Shown here piece after piece: positions 21,904 to 32,876 of a DNA stretch of 48,736 nucleotides (its first letter is position 1; each line of letters opens with the position of its first letter). Source of the DNA: Acidobacteriota bacterium (GTDB taxonomy: Bacteria; Acidobacteriota; UBA6911; JACQSX01). Under the pieces are notes generated by a model, which saw nothing but the letters and a program-made list of their open reading frames with translations, made no database searches and was not told where the DNA came from. The position numbers and the translations under genes are program-made. The DNA lies in contig DASXQR010000216.1 in assembly GCA_036507075.1 (NCBI GenBank), positions 1 through 48,736 on the forward strand, given 5' to 3'.

Positions 21904-22640
21904 TGGTTCAGTTCCCTTATGAATCGATCGGATTTCAAGCTCTTTTCCAGGTGGTATTGTATCAGGCCCGAATTCAGCCTCCCGATGTTTTTCAGCGTCG
22001 CGGCACCCCAACTGCTCCAGTCGACCCGTGAAATGTTGCGGGAGAAAATAGATGCGAACGCCGCCCGCTCCTCGGGGCCGACGCGCAGGTCTCTGGGTCC
22101 GGCGCACTTCCGGCACAGAGCTTCATGGCCGCCGCTCGGTATGAATACAGCGCCATCTTCAAACGAGTGGCCGCAGCGACCGCATTCCGAGAACGGAGGA
22201 AAGACCCCTTCCAGGCGCAGCAGCCAGCTTTCCAGATAACGCGCTCTCGCCTCAAGGGAAGCTGCCTGCGTTTCCAAAACTGAGAGGGCCAGGCGGAAGA
22301 GCCTTTCGTTCCCTTCCCCCTCCTGTGAGAATTCACCCAGGAGCTCGGCAAAATAGGCGCAGTAGTAACTTCCTTCAAGGCTTTCGCGCAGACCGGCGTG
22401 GCTGGCGAGCAGATCGCAACTGTTTATCGAAGCAAGTTCCTGGTTCTCACGCGCGAAGAAAATGAGGCGAACGTGGCTGAGCGGCTCCAGCGAACTGCCG
22501 AACCGACTTTTCATTCGCCGGGCGCCTCTTGCAATACCGCGCACCTTACCGTATCCGCGCGAGAGGAATACGACGATCCGATCCGCTTCGGCGTACGGGT
22601 AGGTGCGCAGCGTAATGGCTTCAGTGGTCTTCAGGGACAT
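21897..22640 (-). CDS. recO: DNA repair protein RecO
   Basis: [22 protein letters not shown] and a Zn-finger (CGRC...CRKC). Confidence 0.93.
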   Translation of the reverse strand: MSLKTTEAITLRTYPYAEADRIVVFLSRGYGKVRGIARGARRMKSRFGSSLEPLSHVRLIFFARENQELASINSCDLLASHAGLRESLEGSYYCAYFAELLGEFSQEGEGNERLFRLALSVLETQAASLEARARYLESWLLRLEGVFPPFSECGRCGHSFEDGAVFIPSGGHEALCRKCAGPRDLRVGPEERAAFASIFSRNISRVDWSSWGAATLKNIGRLNSGLIQYHLEKSLKSDRFIRELNQC

Positions 22641-22674
22641 GGACGGACACCACAGGGTTTCCCAGGGTAGTTCC

Positions 22675-22775
22675 AAATGCGGATTTCGGAATGCGGAATG
22701 TGGAATAAAACCCGGTTAAGACTTCGACGCCGAAACACTCCCTATTCCGCATTCCGCATTCCGAAATCCACAATT
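22675..22775. repeat. GGAATGC-heptamer inverted-repeat element (family A)
   Basis: aaatgcggatttcggaatgcggaatgtggaata ... tattccgcattccgcattccgaaatccacaatt; abuts the pssA stop. Confidence 0.92.
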
Positions 22776-23545
22776 CAGAACGGCGTGAGTTGCGGCGGGG
22801 TTTCCGGGCGGGGCCGGGGGCGCAACAACTGGATCAGGCGAACCAGCAAACCGCTGCCCGCATAGGCGCATGCGAAAGCCAGCAGCACGAACCGCGAGTA
22901 GAAATAAATCAGGGCAATCAGGACGGACAAGAGAAGAATGTTCAGATGCGATTTTCCTCTGCCCAGGTGAAGCTGCTTCAGGCTGAAATAGCGAATGCGG
23001 CTGATCATCAGAAATGCCAGCAGCAGCGTCAACACCGCCATCAGATGGGCGTGCATCGGGTCGGTGATGGGCTGTCGAAAGAAATGGACAATGGCCGCAA
23101 TCATGCCGGCGGCCGCCGGAATGGGCATCCCCACGAACTGCTTCAGGTTCTGGGCCTGAACGTTGAATCGCGCCAATCGCATCGTGCCGCAAATCAAAAA
23201 CACAAAGGAGGAAAAGATTCCGAAATCTCCCAACGGCACGAACCCCCACGATGCCACCAAAACAGCCGGAGCCAATCCGAAGCTGATCACATCGGCGAGC
23301 GAATCAAGCTGCAAACCGAATTCGCTGGTCGCATTCGCCAGCCGAGCCATGCGGCCATCCAGACCGTCCAGAACAATCGCCAGACCCAGGGCTCCCGCCG
23401 CTTCGTCATACCGTCCATGCATTGAAGAAATCACAGCGAAGAATCCGCAGAAGATGTTTGCCACGGTAAACAGGCTGGGAAGAATATAAACAGTCCGCCG
23501 CGGCCTCTTCCGGGGCAGATTGATGTTGAGTTCTCGCTGTTCCAT
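22775..23545 (-). CDS. pssA: CDP-diacylglycerol--serine O-phosphatidyltransferase
   Basis: LPSLFT, DGLDGRMAR...FGLQLDSLAD, RLARFN; adjacent to psd. Confidence 0.93.
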   Translation of the reverse strand: MEQRELNINLPRKRPRRTVYILPSLFTVANIFCGFFAVISSMHGRYDEAAGALGLAIVLDGLDGRMARLANATSEFGLQLDSLADVISFGLAPAVLVASWGFVPLGDFGIFSSFVFLICGTMRLARFNVQAQNLKQFVGMPIPAAAGMIAAIVHFFRQPITDPMHAHLMAVLTLLLAFLMISRIRYFSLKQLHLGRGKSHLNILLLSVLIALIYFYSRFVLLAFACAYAGSGLLVRLIQLLRPRPRPETPPQLTPF

Positions 23546-23568
23546 GATGTCACCCGACCGGTGTCAGA

Positions 23569-24186
23569 TTACGCTTTCCTGATCCTCGCTATGATACTCG
23601 CACCGCCCCGCACATGGTCGCCTTTTTTAACCACTACTTCGGCGGCGGGAGGAAGAAACAAGTCGACCCGCGATCCGAATCGGATCAGGCCGATCCGCTG
23701 TCCCCTTTGCACGCTGTCGCCCTGGTCGATCCAGGTAATTATCCTTCTGGCGATCAGCCCCGCGATCAACACCACTCTTACACGATAACGCGCATTCTCC
23801 AGCTCGACCACACTCTGCTCGTTGTCGATCGATGCCGCTTCGTACAATGCCGCTTTGAATTTTCCCTTCTGGTAGCGCATGCTGACCACCTTGCCCTCGA
23901 TGGGCGCGCGGCTTACATGAACATCGAACAAGGAAAGGAAAATGCTGACCTGCGTTGGAAACTCGCCTTCCGGATTATGGATGCGAACCACCCGGCCGTC
24001 TGCAGGAGAAACAAACGTGCCTTCATCAGCGGGAATGTTACGGTCAGGGTCGCGGAAAAAGAAAAGTACGAATAGGGCGAGCAGCGCAACAATGCCGCCC
24101 CACCAGTGCCATCCAAAATAAGATGCGACAGCCGCCAGGAGCGCCAGGGGAATGAAAAAGCGATAAGCGTCGGGAACGATTCTCAC
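23569..24186 (-). CDS. psd: Phosphatidylserine decarboxylase
   Basis: FFRDPDR, SPADG, FLSLFDVH, AGLIARRI, FGSRVD autocleavage motif. Probable GTG start at 24186. Confidence 0.92.
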   Translation of the reverse strand: MRIVPDAYRFFIPLALLAAVASYFGWHWWGGIVALLALFVLFFFRDPDRNIPADEGTFVSPADGRVVRIHNPEGEFPTQVSIFLSLFDVHVSRAPIEGKVVSMRYQKGKFKAALYEAASIDNEQSVVELENARYRVRVVLIAGLIARRIITWIDQGDSVQRGQRIGLIRFGSRVDLFLPPAAEVVVKKGDHVRGGASIIARIRKA

Positions 24187-24190
24187 AAAT

Positions 24191-24219
24191 AAAAAAGCCC
24201 TCCGTTCAGGCGGAGGGCT
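24191..24219 (-). terminator. Rho-independent terminator after the DUF465-like gene
   Basis: Minus strand reads agccctccg-cctgaa-cggagggct followed by a U-run. Confidence 0.75.
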
Positions 24220-24241
24220 CGATAAGGGCGCCAATTTGCAA

Positions 24242-24472
24242 TCAATTAGCCTTTGCCGTTGATTGCGCCCGGATAATTCGGGCCTGCATCTGATCTTTTA
24301 GAGCCAGTTTCTTTTTCTTGAGGACCGTTTCCTGGACTCTCTCCTCTTCGGAGAGAAACGGTTTGTGGGTGAGTTTGTCCAATTGTTCGTCATACGAATG
24401 ATGTCGCTCCGCCAGCCTGCGGAACTCATCATCAGTACTGAGAAGGTGATCCTTGATTTCAGCATCCCCCAT
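24242..24472 (-). CDS. DUF465/YdcH-like small coiled-coil protein
   Basis: EFRRLAERHHSYDEQL...LKKKKLALKDQM pattern; AAGGAGG RBS. Confidence 0.8.
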   Translation of the reverse strand: MGDAEIKDHLLSTDDEFRRLAERHHSYDEQLDKLTHKPFLSEEERVQETVLKKKKLALKDQMQARIIRAQSTAKAN

Positions 24473-24563
24473 GTTGGGCCTCCTTATGGCTTGGGAAATG
24501 AGTTTGCCTTAAATATATCCACTACTCTACATGCTACCAAACTTCAGGCGACAAGTTAACCTT

Positions 24564-24602
24564 GAGCACGAATTTTCACGAATTTACACGAATTTCACGA
24601 AT
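24564..24602. repeat. Tandem CACGAAT(TT) repeat, single arm (family H)
   Basis: gagcacgaattttcacgaatttacacgaatttcacgaat. Confidence 0.8.
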
Positions 24603-24619
24603 CATTTTAGCGTGCCCAA

Positions 24620-25644
24620 CTATTCCAGGGCCAGTTCGATCAGGCGGTCAAGAAACTCCGAAAAGCTGTAACCGGCTACCTGAGCCGACTGCGGCGCCAG
24701 TGATGTGGCCGTCATTCCCGGTATCGTATTGATTTCCAAGAAATAAGCGTCCGGCCCGTTCAAGATAAAGTCGGACCGGCTAATGCCACGGCAGCCGAGC
24801 TTCAAATGGATTTCAACAGCCTGCTGCTGAATCTGCCGGGCCAGGTCCTCCGGTATTCCAGCCGGAATGATATGGTCTGAACCGCCTTCGGCGTACTTGG
24901 ACTCGTAATCGTAGAAAGCCCCCCTGTTGGGAATAATTTCAATCAGCGGGAGGGCTTCAGGATTGGCATTCCCCAGCACCGGAGCCGTGATTTCAGTTCC
25001 CTTGACAAACTGTTCGGCCAAGGCATCCTGGCCCAGCTCGAATACAGACATCAGTGCGCCTTCAAATTGGCCCGCATCGTCGATAATGAACGTGGCGACC
25101 GATGAACCCAACTGGTTTGGTTTGATCACGGCCCTGTTCCCAAGCTCGGAGATTTGCCGCAGCACCTCCTCCCGATCTGTTTGATAACGCGCCTTGGTTA
25201 CGAGCATATCGGCCGGTACCCGAACACCTAATCCGCGCGCAAATGCCTTCATCCGAAATTTATCCATCGCCAGAGCCGAAGCCAGTACTCCCGAGCAGGT
25301 GTAAGGGATTCCCAGAAGCTCCAGCATCCCCTGAATTGTGCCATCCTCCCCGTGGGGGCCGTGCAGCGCAAGGAAAACCACGTCGACTCGGCGATCCAGA
25401 ACAGTCGAGGCCGGAGAAATCGAACGAATCAGCGCCCGATCGATGCTGCCTTGCCCAGCTTCTTCGATCTCGCGCAGGGCGGCGCTATCGAGAAGCCACC
25501 TTCCATCCCGGGCAATCTCCAGCGGCAACACTTCATACTTCATTTTGTCCAGGTGCCGGGCGATCATCTTTCCTGTGTTCAGCGAGACTTCCCGTTCTTC
25601 GGACTGGCCCCCCATGAAAAGCGCAACGCGGAGCTTCCTGTCGG

Positions 25645-25648
<4 letters not shown>
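24620..25648 (-). CDS. ddl: D-alanine--D-alanine ligase
   Basis: [43 protein letters not shown]. Confidence 0.96.
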
Positions 25649-26691
<1,043 letters not shown>

Positions 26692-26760
26692 CTAAAGGCT
26701 GAGTTTGCGGACCTCCAGTCCTTTTTGGCTGTCATCATGATAACAGACTGCTGCCCCATT

Positions 26761-26895
26761 TTGCCACGAAGGCACGAAGACACGAAGGATCGGAATTTAT
26801 CTTGCAGTGACACTTCTCCAGTCAACGGTTGCTCCCGGGAAGTGACACTTCTAAATGAATTGTAAAATCTTCGTGTCTTCGTGTCTTCGTGGCAA
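26761..26895. repeat. CACGAAG-unit inverted-repeat element (family B)
   Basis: ttgccacgaaggcacgaagacacgaag ... cttcgtgtcttcgtgtcttcgtggcaa; two internal AGTGACACT boxes. Confidence 0.95.
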
Positions 26896-26908
26896 GAAAT
26901 TGGCGGGA

Positions 26909-27175
26909 TTAGCCCTTTCCCTGGGGGCGAAGAGCGTTGCTGATCCGCTGCTTGTGGCGCGCAGCGGCGTTTTTGTGGAGCACTCCCTTGTAGACTGCCC
27001 GATCCAGATCGGACGACAAACGAGCGATGCCTTTTCTGATATCCGCCTCACTGCCGCCCTTCAAACCTCGCGCCCGTTTGATCGCGGCTTTCAAATTACT
27101 CTTGTTGCGACGGTTGACTTCGCGCTGCACCACGCTCCGTTTGGCGCGCTTGGCAGCCGATTTGATATTGGCCAT
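26909..27175 (-). CDS. rpsT: 30S ribosomal protein S20
   Basis: MANIKSAAKR...KGVLHKNAAARHK. Confidence 0.96.
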   Translation of the reverse strand: MANIKSAAKRAKRSVVQREVNRRNKSNLKAAIKRARGLKGGSEADIRKGIARLSSDLDRAVYKGVLHKNAAARHKQRISNALRPQGKG

Positions 27176-27242
27176 AAGATTCCTATTCGAAAAAAGAAGA
27201 GATTGTACCTGATTTCCGGACGGGCATCAATTGCGGTGCCAT

Positions 27243-27307
27243 CTTTGTGTCCTTTGTGCCTTTGTGGTTAAAAGGGAATTCACCACAAAGGCACAAAGAG
27301 CACAAAG
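27243..27307. repeat. Inside-out CACAAAG-unit inverted repeat (family D)
   Basis: ctttgtgtcctttgtgcctttgtggt-taaaagggaattc-accacaaaggcacaaagagcacaaag. Confidence 0.92.
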
Positions 27308-27309
27308 GG

Positions 27310-28380
27310 TCAGGTGCCCACGATTCGGATCAACAAAGTTTCCAGTAGAAGACGGTCAGACAAACCGCTTCCCTTCAGCGCGCTGTCGGTCCTGTGCAGC
27401 TCCCGCAGAGCGGCTTTAAGGTCTGAGAGCCGAAAGCGGCGCGCCTGATCGCTTAGCTTCCCGACGTAATAAGGATTCATTCCAGTTATTCTGGCGATGG
27501 CGCTGTCCGGTTTTCCCGCCAGTTCCTTCACTGCCAATAAACCGGCAAAATGGCTGTAAATGCTTTTCAGGAGCACCAGCGGAACAGCTCCATCTTCAAA
27601 AAGCCGCTGCAGTAAAACAAGAAGCTGCCTGCGGTCCCTGGTTGCAATCAAGTTGACCAGATCCCAGATTTCATGGCTGCGCGTTCGGTTGGACAGCATG
27701 GTTACATCTTCGATCGAAATGACTTTCTCCTGCAGCCGGAACAGCTTTAACTTTTCAACCTGCTGCGAGAGAGCCTGCATATTGGTGCCCGCCTGGTCCA
27801 CCAGTTCGTCCACTACGCCCTCGCCCAACCGGTAACCATCCTTCTGGAACGAGCGTTCGATAATGGATCGTGCCTCGGCAGGTTCGGGCTCATTCGCGGA
27901 AACGACGGCGGCGCTTTTGGAAATCTTGTTCACACGGCCGGCATGCAGCTTGGCAGCGACCATCACGAATACGGTGCGCGGGTTCGGATTCGCCAAGTAG
28001 GCGTAGAGCTCATCCCATTGGTCGTCTTTGAGCCCGGAAAGATTCTCCATAATGACGATTCGGCGGGGCGACATCATCGGAAGTGTTTGAGCCGCTTCCA
28101 GCGCCCGCTGCAGTGCCGTCTGTTCTCTGCCGCGCGGGGCGCCCTGGCCCATGGATAACATCGGCGGCGCCGGGCCTTCCTGCTCTGATTCTCTTTTCGT
28201 CTGGCCTTTTTTTTCGGGCTGGCTGAAGGTCTGAAGATTGAATTGACGCCATCCGGGATCGGCAAGCGCGGCAAATGCATCCAGCGCCGCCCTCTGCAAA
28301 TAAAGATCTGATCCGAGCAGAAGGTAACAGGGCAGCACTTGCTCTTTGAGCTGTTTGGAAAGTTTCAGCGCCGCGATCAT
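27310..28380 (-). CDS. holA: DNA polymerase III subunit delta
   Basis: PCYLLLGSDLYL, TLPMMSPRRIV, QQVEKL, D...LKGS; conserved leuS-lptE-holA-rpsT order. Confidence 0.88.
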   Translation of the reverse strand: MIAALKLSKQLKEQVLPCYLLLGSDLYLQRAALDAFAALADPGWRQFNLQTFSQPEKKGQTKRESEQEGPAPPMLSMGQGAPRGREQTALQRALEAAQTLPMMSPRRIVIMENLSGLKDDQWDELYAYLANPNPRTVFVMVAAKLHAGRVNKISKSAAVVSANEPEPAEARSIIERSFQKDGYRLGEGVVDELVDQAGTNMQALSQQVEKLKLFRLQEKVISIEDVTMLSNRTRSHEIWDLVNLIATRDRRQLLVLLQRLFEDGAVPLVLLKSIYSHFAGLLAVKELAGKPDSAIARITGMNPYYVGKLSDQARRFRLSDLKAALRELHRTDSALKGSGLSDRLLLETLLIRIVGT

Positions 28381-28398
28381 TTCGAGTTGCTTTTCAGC

Positions 28399-28932
28399 TC
28401 AATTGCCTGCCAGAACCGTTGCCGCGACGCTGCGCGCAAAGTCCTGCGCCATGCGGTCGACAGCCGGATTCTGTTCGGAGAAGAACTGCTTTACATTGAA
28501 GTTGATTACGTACTCTTCGTGAAAAACAAAAGCGTCCTTTCGAAACAGGGTCTTGTTTGTCTTCAAATCCACGAGTTTGACGTTGGTCACCAGCGTCACC
28601 AGAAACGTGTTTCCCACGGATTCATTTCCGATAATAACTGGCAACGCTCCGACGCCTATCACGTCTCCCCGCAGAACCGCGTCCGCTCCGGATTCCTGCG
28701 ATGTGATTTTGTACGGGCTGCGGCGGGAAAATTCCTCGATCAATGCCCGGGTGAGGCGCTGCTCAACCTGAAAAGACGTGGTCCGATTTTGCAGCGCAGG
28801 AATGGCGAGGGTGCGGATTCCCGTGGCGCCGGCGGCTGGAGATTTCACATGGTATCCACAAGCGGTAATAACCACCAAGGCACCAAGACACCAAGTGTTG
28901 AAGCAGCAGGCTCTCGTTTGTGATGCGCGCAT
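28399..28932 (-). CDS. lptE: LPS assembly lipoprotein LptE
   Basis: Lipobox ITA-C followed by GYH, IPALQNRT, ADAVLRG; lies between leuS and holA. Alternative TTG start at 28968. Confidence 0.8.
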   Translation of the reverse strand: MRASQTRACCFNTWCLGALVVITACGYHVKSPAAGATGIRTLAIPALQNRTTSFQVEQRLTRALIEEFSRRSPYKITSQESGADAVLRGDVIGVGALPVIIGNESVGNTFLVTLVTNVKLVDLKTNKTLFRKDAFVFHEEYVINFNVKQFFSEQNPAVDRMAQDFARSVAATVLAGN

Positions 28933-28965
28933 TCGGTAAGTTGGTGCCTTGGTGTCTTGGTGGTT
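28870..28965. repeat. CACCAAG-unit inverted-repeat element (family G) overlapping the lptE 5' end
   Basis: aaccaccaaggcaccaagacaccaa (28870-28894) ... ttggtgccttggtgtcttggtggtt (28941-28965). Confidence 0.92.
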
Positions 28966-28972
28966 CAAAAGG

Positions 28973-31426
28973 CTACGTTACGACGATATTCAACAGCCGG
29001 TCCTGTACATACACTACTTTCCTCACGGTCTTACCTTCCAGGTATCCCTGGACTTTCTTGTCCCTCATTGCCAGATCCATACAACCCTGTTCGTCAATGC
29101 CAGCCGGAACGAAAAGCTTTCCGCGCACTCGGCCGTTGACCTGGATCACAATCTCCACTTGCTCTTCAACCAGCCACGCCGGATCCGGCTTCGGCCAGGG
29201 CTGGAAGCTGATATTTCCGTGATGTCCCAGTCTCTCCCACATTTCTTCCGCGAAATGGGGCGCGAACGGAGACAGCATCAGGGCCATCTTTTCAAAAACG
29301 TCCCGCAGTAAAAACCGGTTTTTGTTCGCCGCGGAATCTTCATAGTCATAGAGCGAATTGAGAAACTCCATCACGGCGGCAATGGCCGTGTTCATGTGAA
29401 AGCGTTCCAGGTCATTGCCGACACGGTGCAGGGTTTGATGCAGTTTTCGCATTAACTTTTGGTCTTCATCGGCGGCGTCGATTTTCTCCGACGGCTGCGC
29501 AATCGATTCCTCATGGCGGACAAACAGGCGCCAGATTCGATTCAAAAAACGAAAGCAGCCCTCCACGCCCGACTCGCTCCAATCGAGGTCCTTCTCGGGC
29601 GGCGCTGCAAACAAGATGAACAAGCGCAGCGTGTCGGCTCCGAACAGATCAATAAAGTGATCGGGGTCGACGACATTGCCCTTCGACTTGGCCATTTTCG
29701 CGCCGTCTTTGGTCACCATGCCCTGGGTAAACAGGTTCATAACCGGCTCGTCCCACTGCACCAGGCCCAGATCGCGCATCACTTTGGTGAAAAAGCGCAT
29801 GTAAATCAAATGAAGAATGGCGTGTTCCACCCCGCCGATGTACTGGTCTACCGGGAACCAGTACTTCACCTTGTCCGGATCGTAGGGCATATGCGAATTC
29901 TGCGGATCGCAATAACGGTAGAAGTACCAGGAAGAATCGACAAACGTGTCCATCGTGTCTGCCTCCCGGCGGCCCGGTTTTCCGCACCTGGGACAAGCTA
30001 CATTGGCAAATTCAGGAACCGTCGCGAGGGGAGAAACCCCCAGCCTGATCGTTTCCACACGAGGCAGCTTCACCGGGAGCTGGTCATCCGGCACGGGAAC
30101 GACGCCGCATTGCGCGCAATAAATAATCGGAATGGGCGTTCCCCAATAACGCTGGCGCGAGATTCCCCAATCCTTGAGCCGGTAAGTTGCCGTCTGCTCT
30201 CCGATGCCCTTCTCCCTGATGAAAGCAAACATCTTGCGGAGGGCGGTCTCCGATTCCATCCCCGAGAACTGGCCGGAGTTCACCAGCCTGCCGTAACCGC
30301 AGAAAGGCAGGTCGGCCGATTGCGTCTCCACGGGCTCGATTACACGGCGAATCTCCAGCCCGTATTTCTTGGCAAATTCGTAATCGCGCTCGTCGTGCGC
30401 CGGAACCGCCATAATGGCGCCGGTGCCGTACTCCATGAGCACAAAGTTCGCAATCCAGACGGGTATGCGTTCCTGCGTGAATGGATTAAGCGCCCAGGCT
30501 CCTGTAAATATTCCCAGTTTCTCGGCTTCCGACCCTTCACGGATCGTCTGCTGCTGGGACCGATACCGCTGGATCTCTGTGCGGGCCTGATCCGGTGAAG
30601 GATGACTCCTGAGCAGGTCGGGAACCGCCGGGTGTTCCGGGGCCACAACCAGGAATGTGGATCCGTAGATTGTGTCCAGGCGGGTTGTGAAAACTTCAAT
30701 CCCTCCGGCAAGGCCTTCCACGAGAAAGCGAACGCGCGCGCCCTCGGATTTTCCGATCCAGTTTCGCTGCATGATCAGGACCTTTTCCGGCCAGGATTTC
30801 AATTGATCGAGGTCCTGCAGCAACGCATCGGCGTAGTCGGTTATTCGAAAATACCACTGCTCCAGCTCGCGCTTTTCTACTTCGCTCTCATCGCGCCAGC
30901 ACCTGCCTTCGATTACCTGCTCATTGGCCAAAACTGTCTGGCACTTGTTGCACCAGTTGACCGTCCCCTTTTTGCGATAGGCCAGTCCTCGCTCGAACAT
31001 GCGCAGAAAGAACCACTGGTTCCAGCGGTAATACTCGGGAAGGCAGGTTGTGATTTCGCGATGCCAGTCGTACGAAATTCCAAGGCGCATGCACTGCGCC
31101 TTCATGTTGGCTATGTTCTCCAGCGTCCACTTCTCAGGATGGCTGTTGTTCCTGATGGCGGCGTTTTCCGCCGGCAGGCCGAAGGAATCCCAGCCGATCG
31201 GGTGGATCACGTTGTATCCGTGCATCCACTTGTAGCGGGCAACCGCGTCTCCCAGGCTGTAATTGCGCACGTGTCCCATGTGCAATTTGCCGCTCGGATA
31301 GGGGAGCATTTCAAGCGCGTAGTATTTTTGCTTCTCGGCATTCTCGCAGACTTCGAAGTCCCGGCCGCTCAGCCATTTCTTCTGCCACTTTTGCTCGATC
31401 GTCTTAAAGTCGTACGCGTCTCTCAC
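28973..31426 (-). CDS. leuS: Leucine--tRNA ligase
   Basis: [39 protein letters not shown]. Confidence 0.98.
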   Translation of the reverse strand: MRDAYDFKTIEQKWQKKWLSGRDFEVCENAEKQKYYALEMLPYPSGKLHMGHVRNYSLGDAVARYKWMHGYNVIHPIGWDSFGLPAENAAIRNNSHPEKWTLENIANMKAQCMRLGISYDWHREITTCLPEYYRWNQWFFLRMFERGLAYRKKGTVNWCNKCQTVLANEQVIEGRCWRDESEVEKRELEQWYFRITDYADALLQDLDQLKSWPEKVLIMQRNWIGKSEGARVRFLVEGLAGGIEVFTTRLDTIYGSTFLVVAPEHPAVPDLLRSHPSPDQARTEIQRYRSQQQTIREGSEAEKLGIFTGAWALNPFTQERIPVWIANFVLMEYGTGAIMAVPAHDERDYEFAKKYGLEIRRVIEPVETQSADLPFCGYGRLVNSGQFSGMESETALRKMFAFIREKGIGEQTATYRLKDWGISRQRYWGTPIPIIYCAQCGVVPVPDDQLPVKLPRVETIRLGVSPLATVPEFANVACPRCGKPGRREADTMDTFVDSSWYFYRYCDPQNSHMPYDPDKVKYWFPVDQYIGGVEHAILHLIYMRFFTKVMRDLGLVQWDEPVMNLFTQGMVTKDGAKMAKSKGNVVDPDHFIDLFGADTLRLFILFAAPPEKDLDWSESGVEGCFRFLNRIWRLFVRHEESIAQPSEKIDAADEDQKLMRKLHQTLHRVGNDLERFHMNTAIAAVMEFLNSLYDYEDSAANKNRFLLRDVFEKMALMLSPFAPHFAEEMWERLGHHGNISFQPWPKPDPAWLVEEQVEIVIQVNGRVRGKLFVPAGIDEQGCMDLAMRDKKVQGYLEGKTVRKVVYVQDRLLNIVVT

Positions 31427-31986
31427 TCCTCTTTTTCCACCTTCGAGTAAACGATTCCCTGCTGCGCCTGATATTTGCCCTTCCGATCACGATATGAAGT
31501 CTCGCACTCGCTGCGTGCCTCCAGAAAAATCACCTGGGCGATGCCCTCATTGGCGTAAATACGAACTGGCAGGGGCGAGGCGTTCAATATACTGACGGTC
31601 ACAAAGCCTTCCCATTCAGGCTCAAAAGGTGTCACGTTGACCAGAAGCCCGCAACGGGCGTAGGTGCTCTTGCCAAAACAGATGGTGAGAATCTGGCGCG
31701 GAATGCGAAAATATTCCACCGACCTTCCGATGACCATCGAGTGGGGTTGCAGCTCCAGCACCTCACGCACGACATGATCGAAAAGCTCCGCGTCCAGGTT
31801 CTTCGGATCAATCACACCGGGCGCCTGCAGCCTTAAAATGCGAAACTCGTTTGAGATGCGCATGTCATAGCCGTAAGACGCGGTTCCAAAGGAGATCCCG
31901 GTTCTTACGAGATCCTCTGAAAATGGCTCGATCATGCGGTGTTCGCGCGCCATTCTGCGAATCCAATGATCGGGCTGGATTGCCAT
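31423..31986 (-). CDS. dcd: dCTP deaminase
   Basis: [40 protein letters not shown]. Confidence 0.95.
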   Translation of the reverse strand: MAIQPDHWIRRMAREHRMIEPFSEDLVRTGISFGTASYGYDMRISNEFRILRLQAPGVIDPKNLDAELFDHVVREVLELQPHSMVIGRSVEYFRIPRQILTICFGKSTYARCGLLVNVTPFEPEWEGFVTVSILNASPLPVRIYANEGIAQVIFLEARSECETSYRDRKGKYQAQQGIVYSKVEKEE

Positions 31987-32163
31987 ATTTTCGGGTCCTT
32001 TAACGGGGAAGATCGTATTGTAACCAGAATTTCAACCATATCACGAGGCTTGTAAAGAGGAAGTAGCAGCTTGGTTTGGCTACCATCGGGACAACGACTT
32101 TATTACAGAGATACAGCCTGGCGGTAGGCCGCAACCAAAAAGCCGAGTCAGCTCTGCCTCTTG

Positions 32164-32394
32164 CAGTACCGCGGTGCGTCAGCCAGCGTAGGGCGAATCA
32201 ATCTATCTGCACTACGACAGTACCGCGGGGCGTCAGCCCGCGGCGCGCTCATCACCGTAATCTCACCCAGCAGTGCGACGCGTAAAGCCTCAGGCCCTTT
32301 GGTATCCGCGCCGCGGGCTGACGCCACCGAGATACTGACCGGGAGCAGCGGGGCGATTCGCCGTGCGCGGGCTGATGCCCCGCGGTACTGTCGT
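32164..32394. repeat. REP-like cluster: two forward and two inverted CAGTACCGCG...CGTCAG units
   Basis: Units at about 32164, 32214, 32307 (reverse) and 32366 (reverse). Confidence 0.88.
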
Positions 32395-32516
32395 CATTGG
32401 ACATCAGTCATTAGAATCTTGAATGAAGGATCCGGGAAAAATTCACCGCGAAGCGTCAATTTTTGCAGGAAAATCAAAAAAGCGTGCCGTAAGGCCTTGT
32501 TTTACATAATTTTAGG

Positions 32517-32545
32517 TTGACACCCCGCCCGGCCCAAAATAAAAT
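32517..32545 (+). promoter_or_regulatory. Sigma70 promoter of the HU/IHF gene
   Basis: TTGACA-17 nt-TAAAAT. Confidence 0.75.
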
Positions 32546-32576
32546 TCCTTCGGCTTGTCGGTTTGATGGAGGGATA

Positions 32577-32864
32577 GTGATCAAGCAAGACATCGTGAAC
32601 CGAGTGTCGCGGGAACTTGGAATCGCGAAAGTGAAGGCTGAGCAAGCGGTTGAATCCGTCTTTGACTCACTGAAGGCGGCTATGCAACGCGGCGACCGGA
32701 TAGAGTTAAGGGGTTTCGGTGTCTTTATGGTGAAGCCTCGAAAAAGCGGCATAGGGAGGAATCCCCGAACCGGCGACGAAGTTCCAATTCCGCCCGGCAA
32801 AACAGTACGTTTTAAGCCCGGAAAAGAAATCCGATTCCACCAAGAAGAAGAACCGCAAACGTAG
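32577..32864 (+). CDS. HU/IHF family DNA-binding protein
   Basis: IELRGFGVF, GRNPRTG, VRFKPGK. GTG start after GGAGG. Confidence 0.93.
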   Translation: MIKQDIVNRVSRELGIAKVKAEQAVESVFDSLKAAMQRGDRIELRGFGVFMVKPRKSGIGRNPRTGDEVPIPPGKTVRFKPGKEIRFHQEEEPQT

Positions 32865-32876
32865 GCTGGCTTCAAC

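Noticed and set aside
21904..22116. N-terminal extension of GlyQ in the ORF track (likewise metK, ahcY, kdsA, mpg, HU and the 2196 rSAM)
   Set aside because: The extensions overlap upstream genes, promoters or repeats, and better-placed starts exist downstream.
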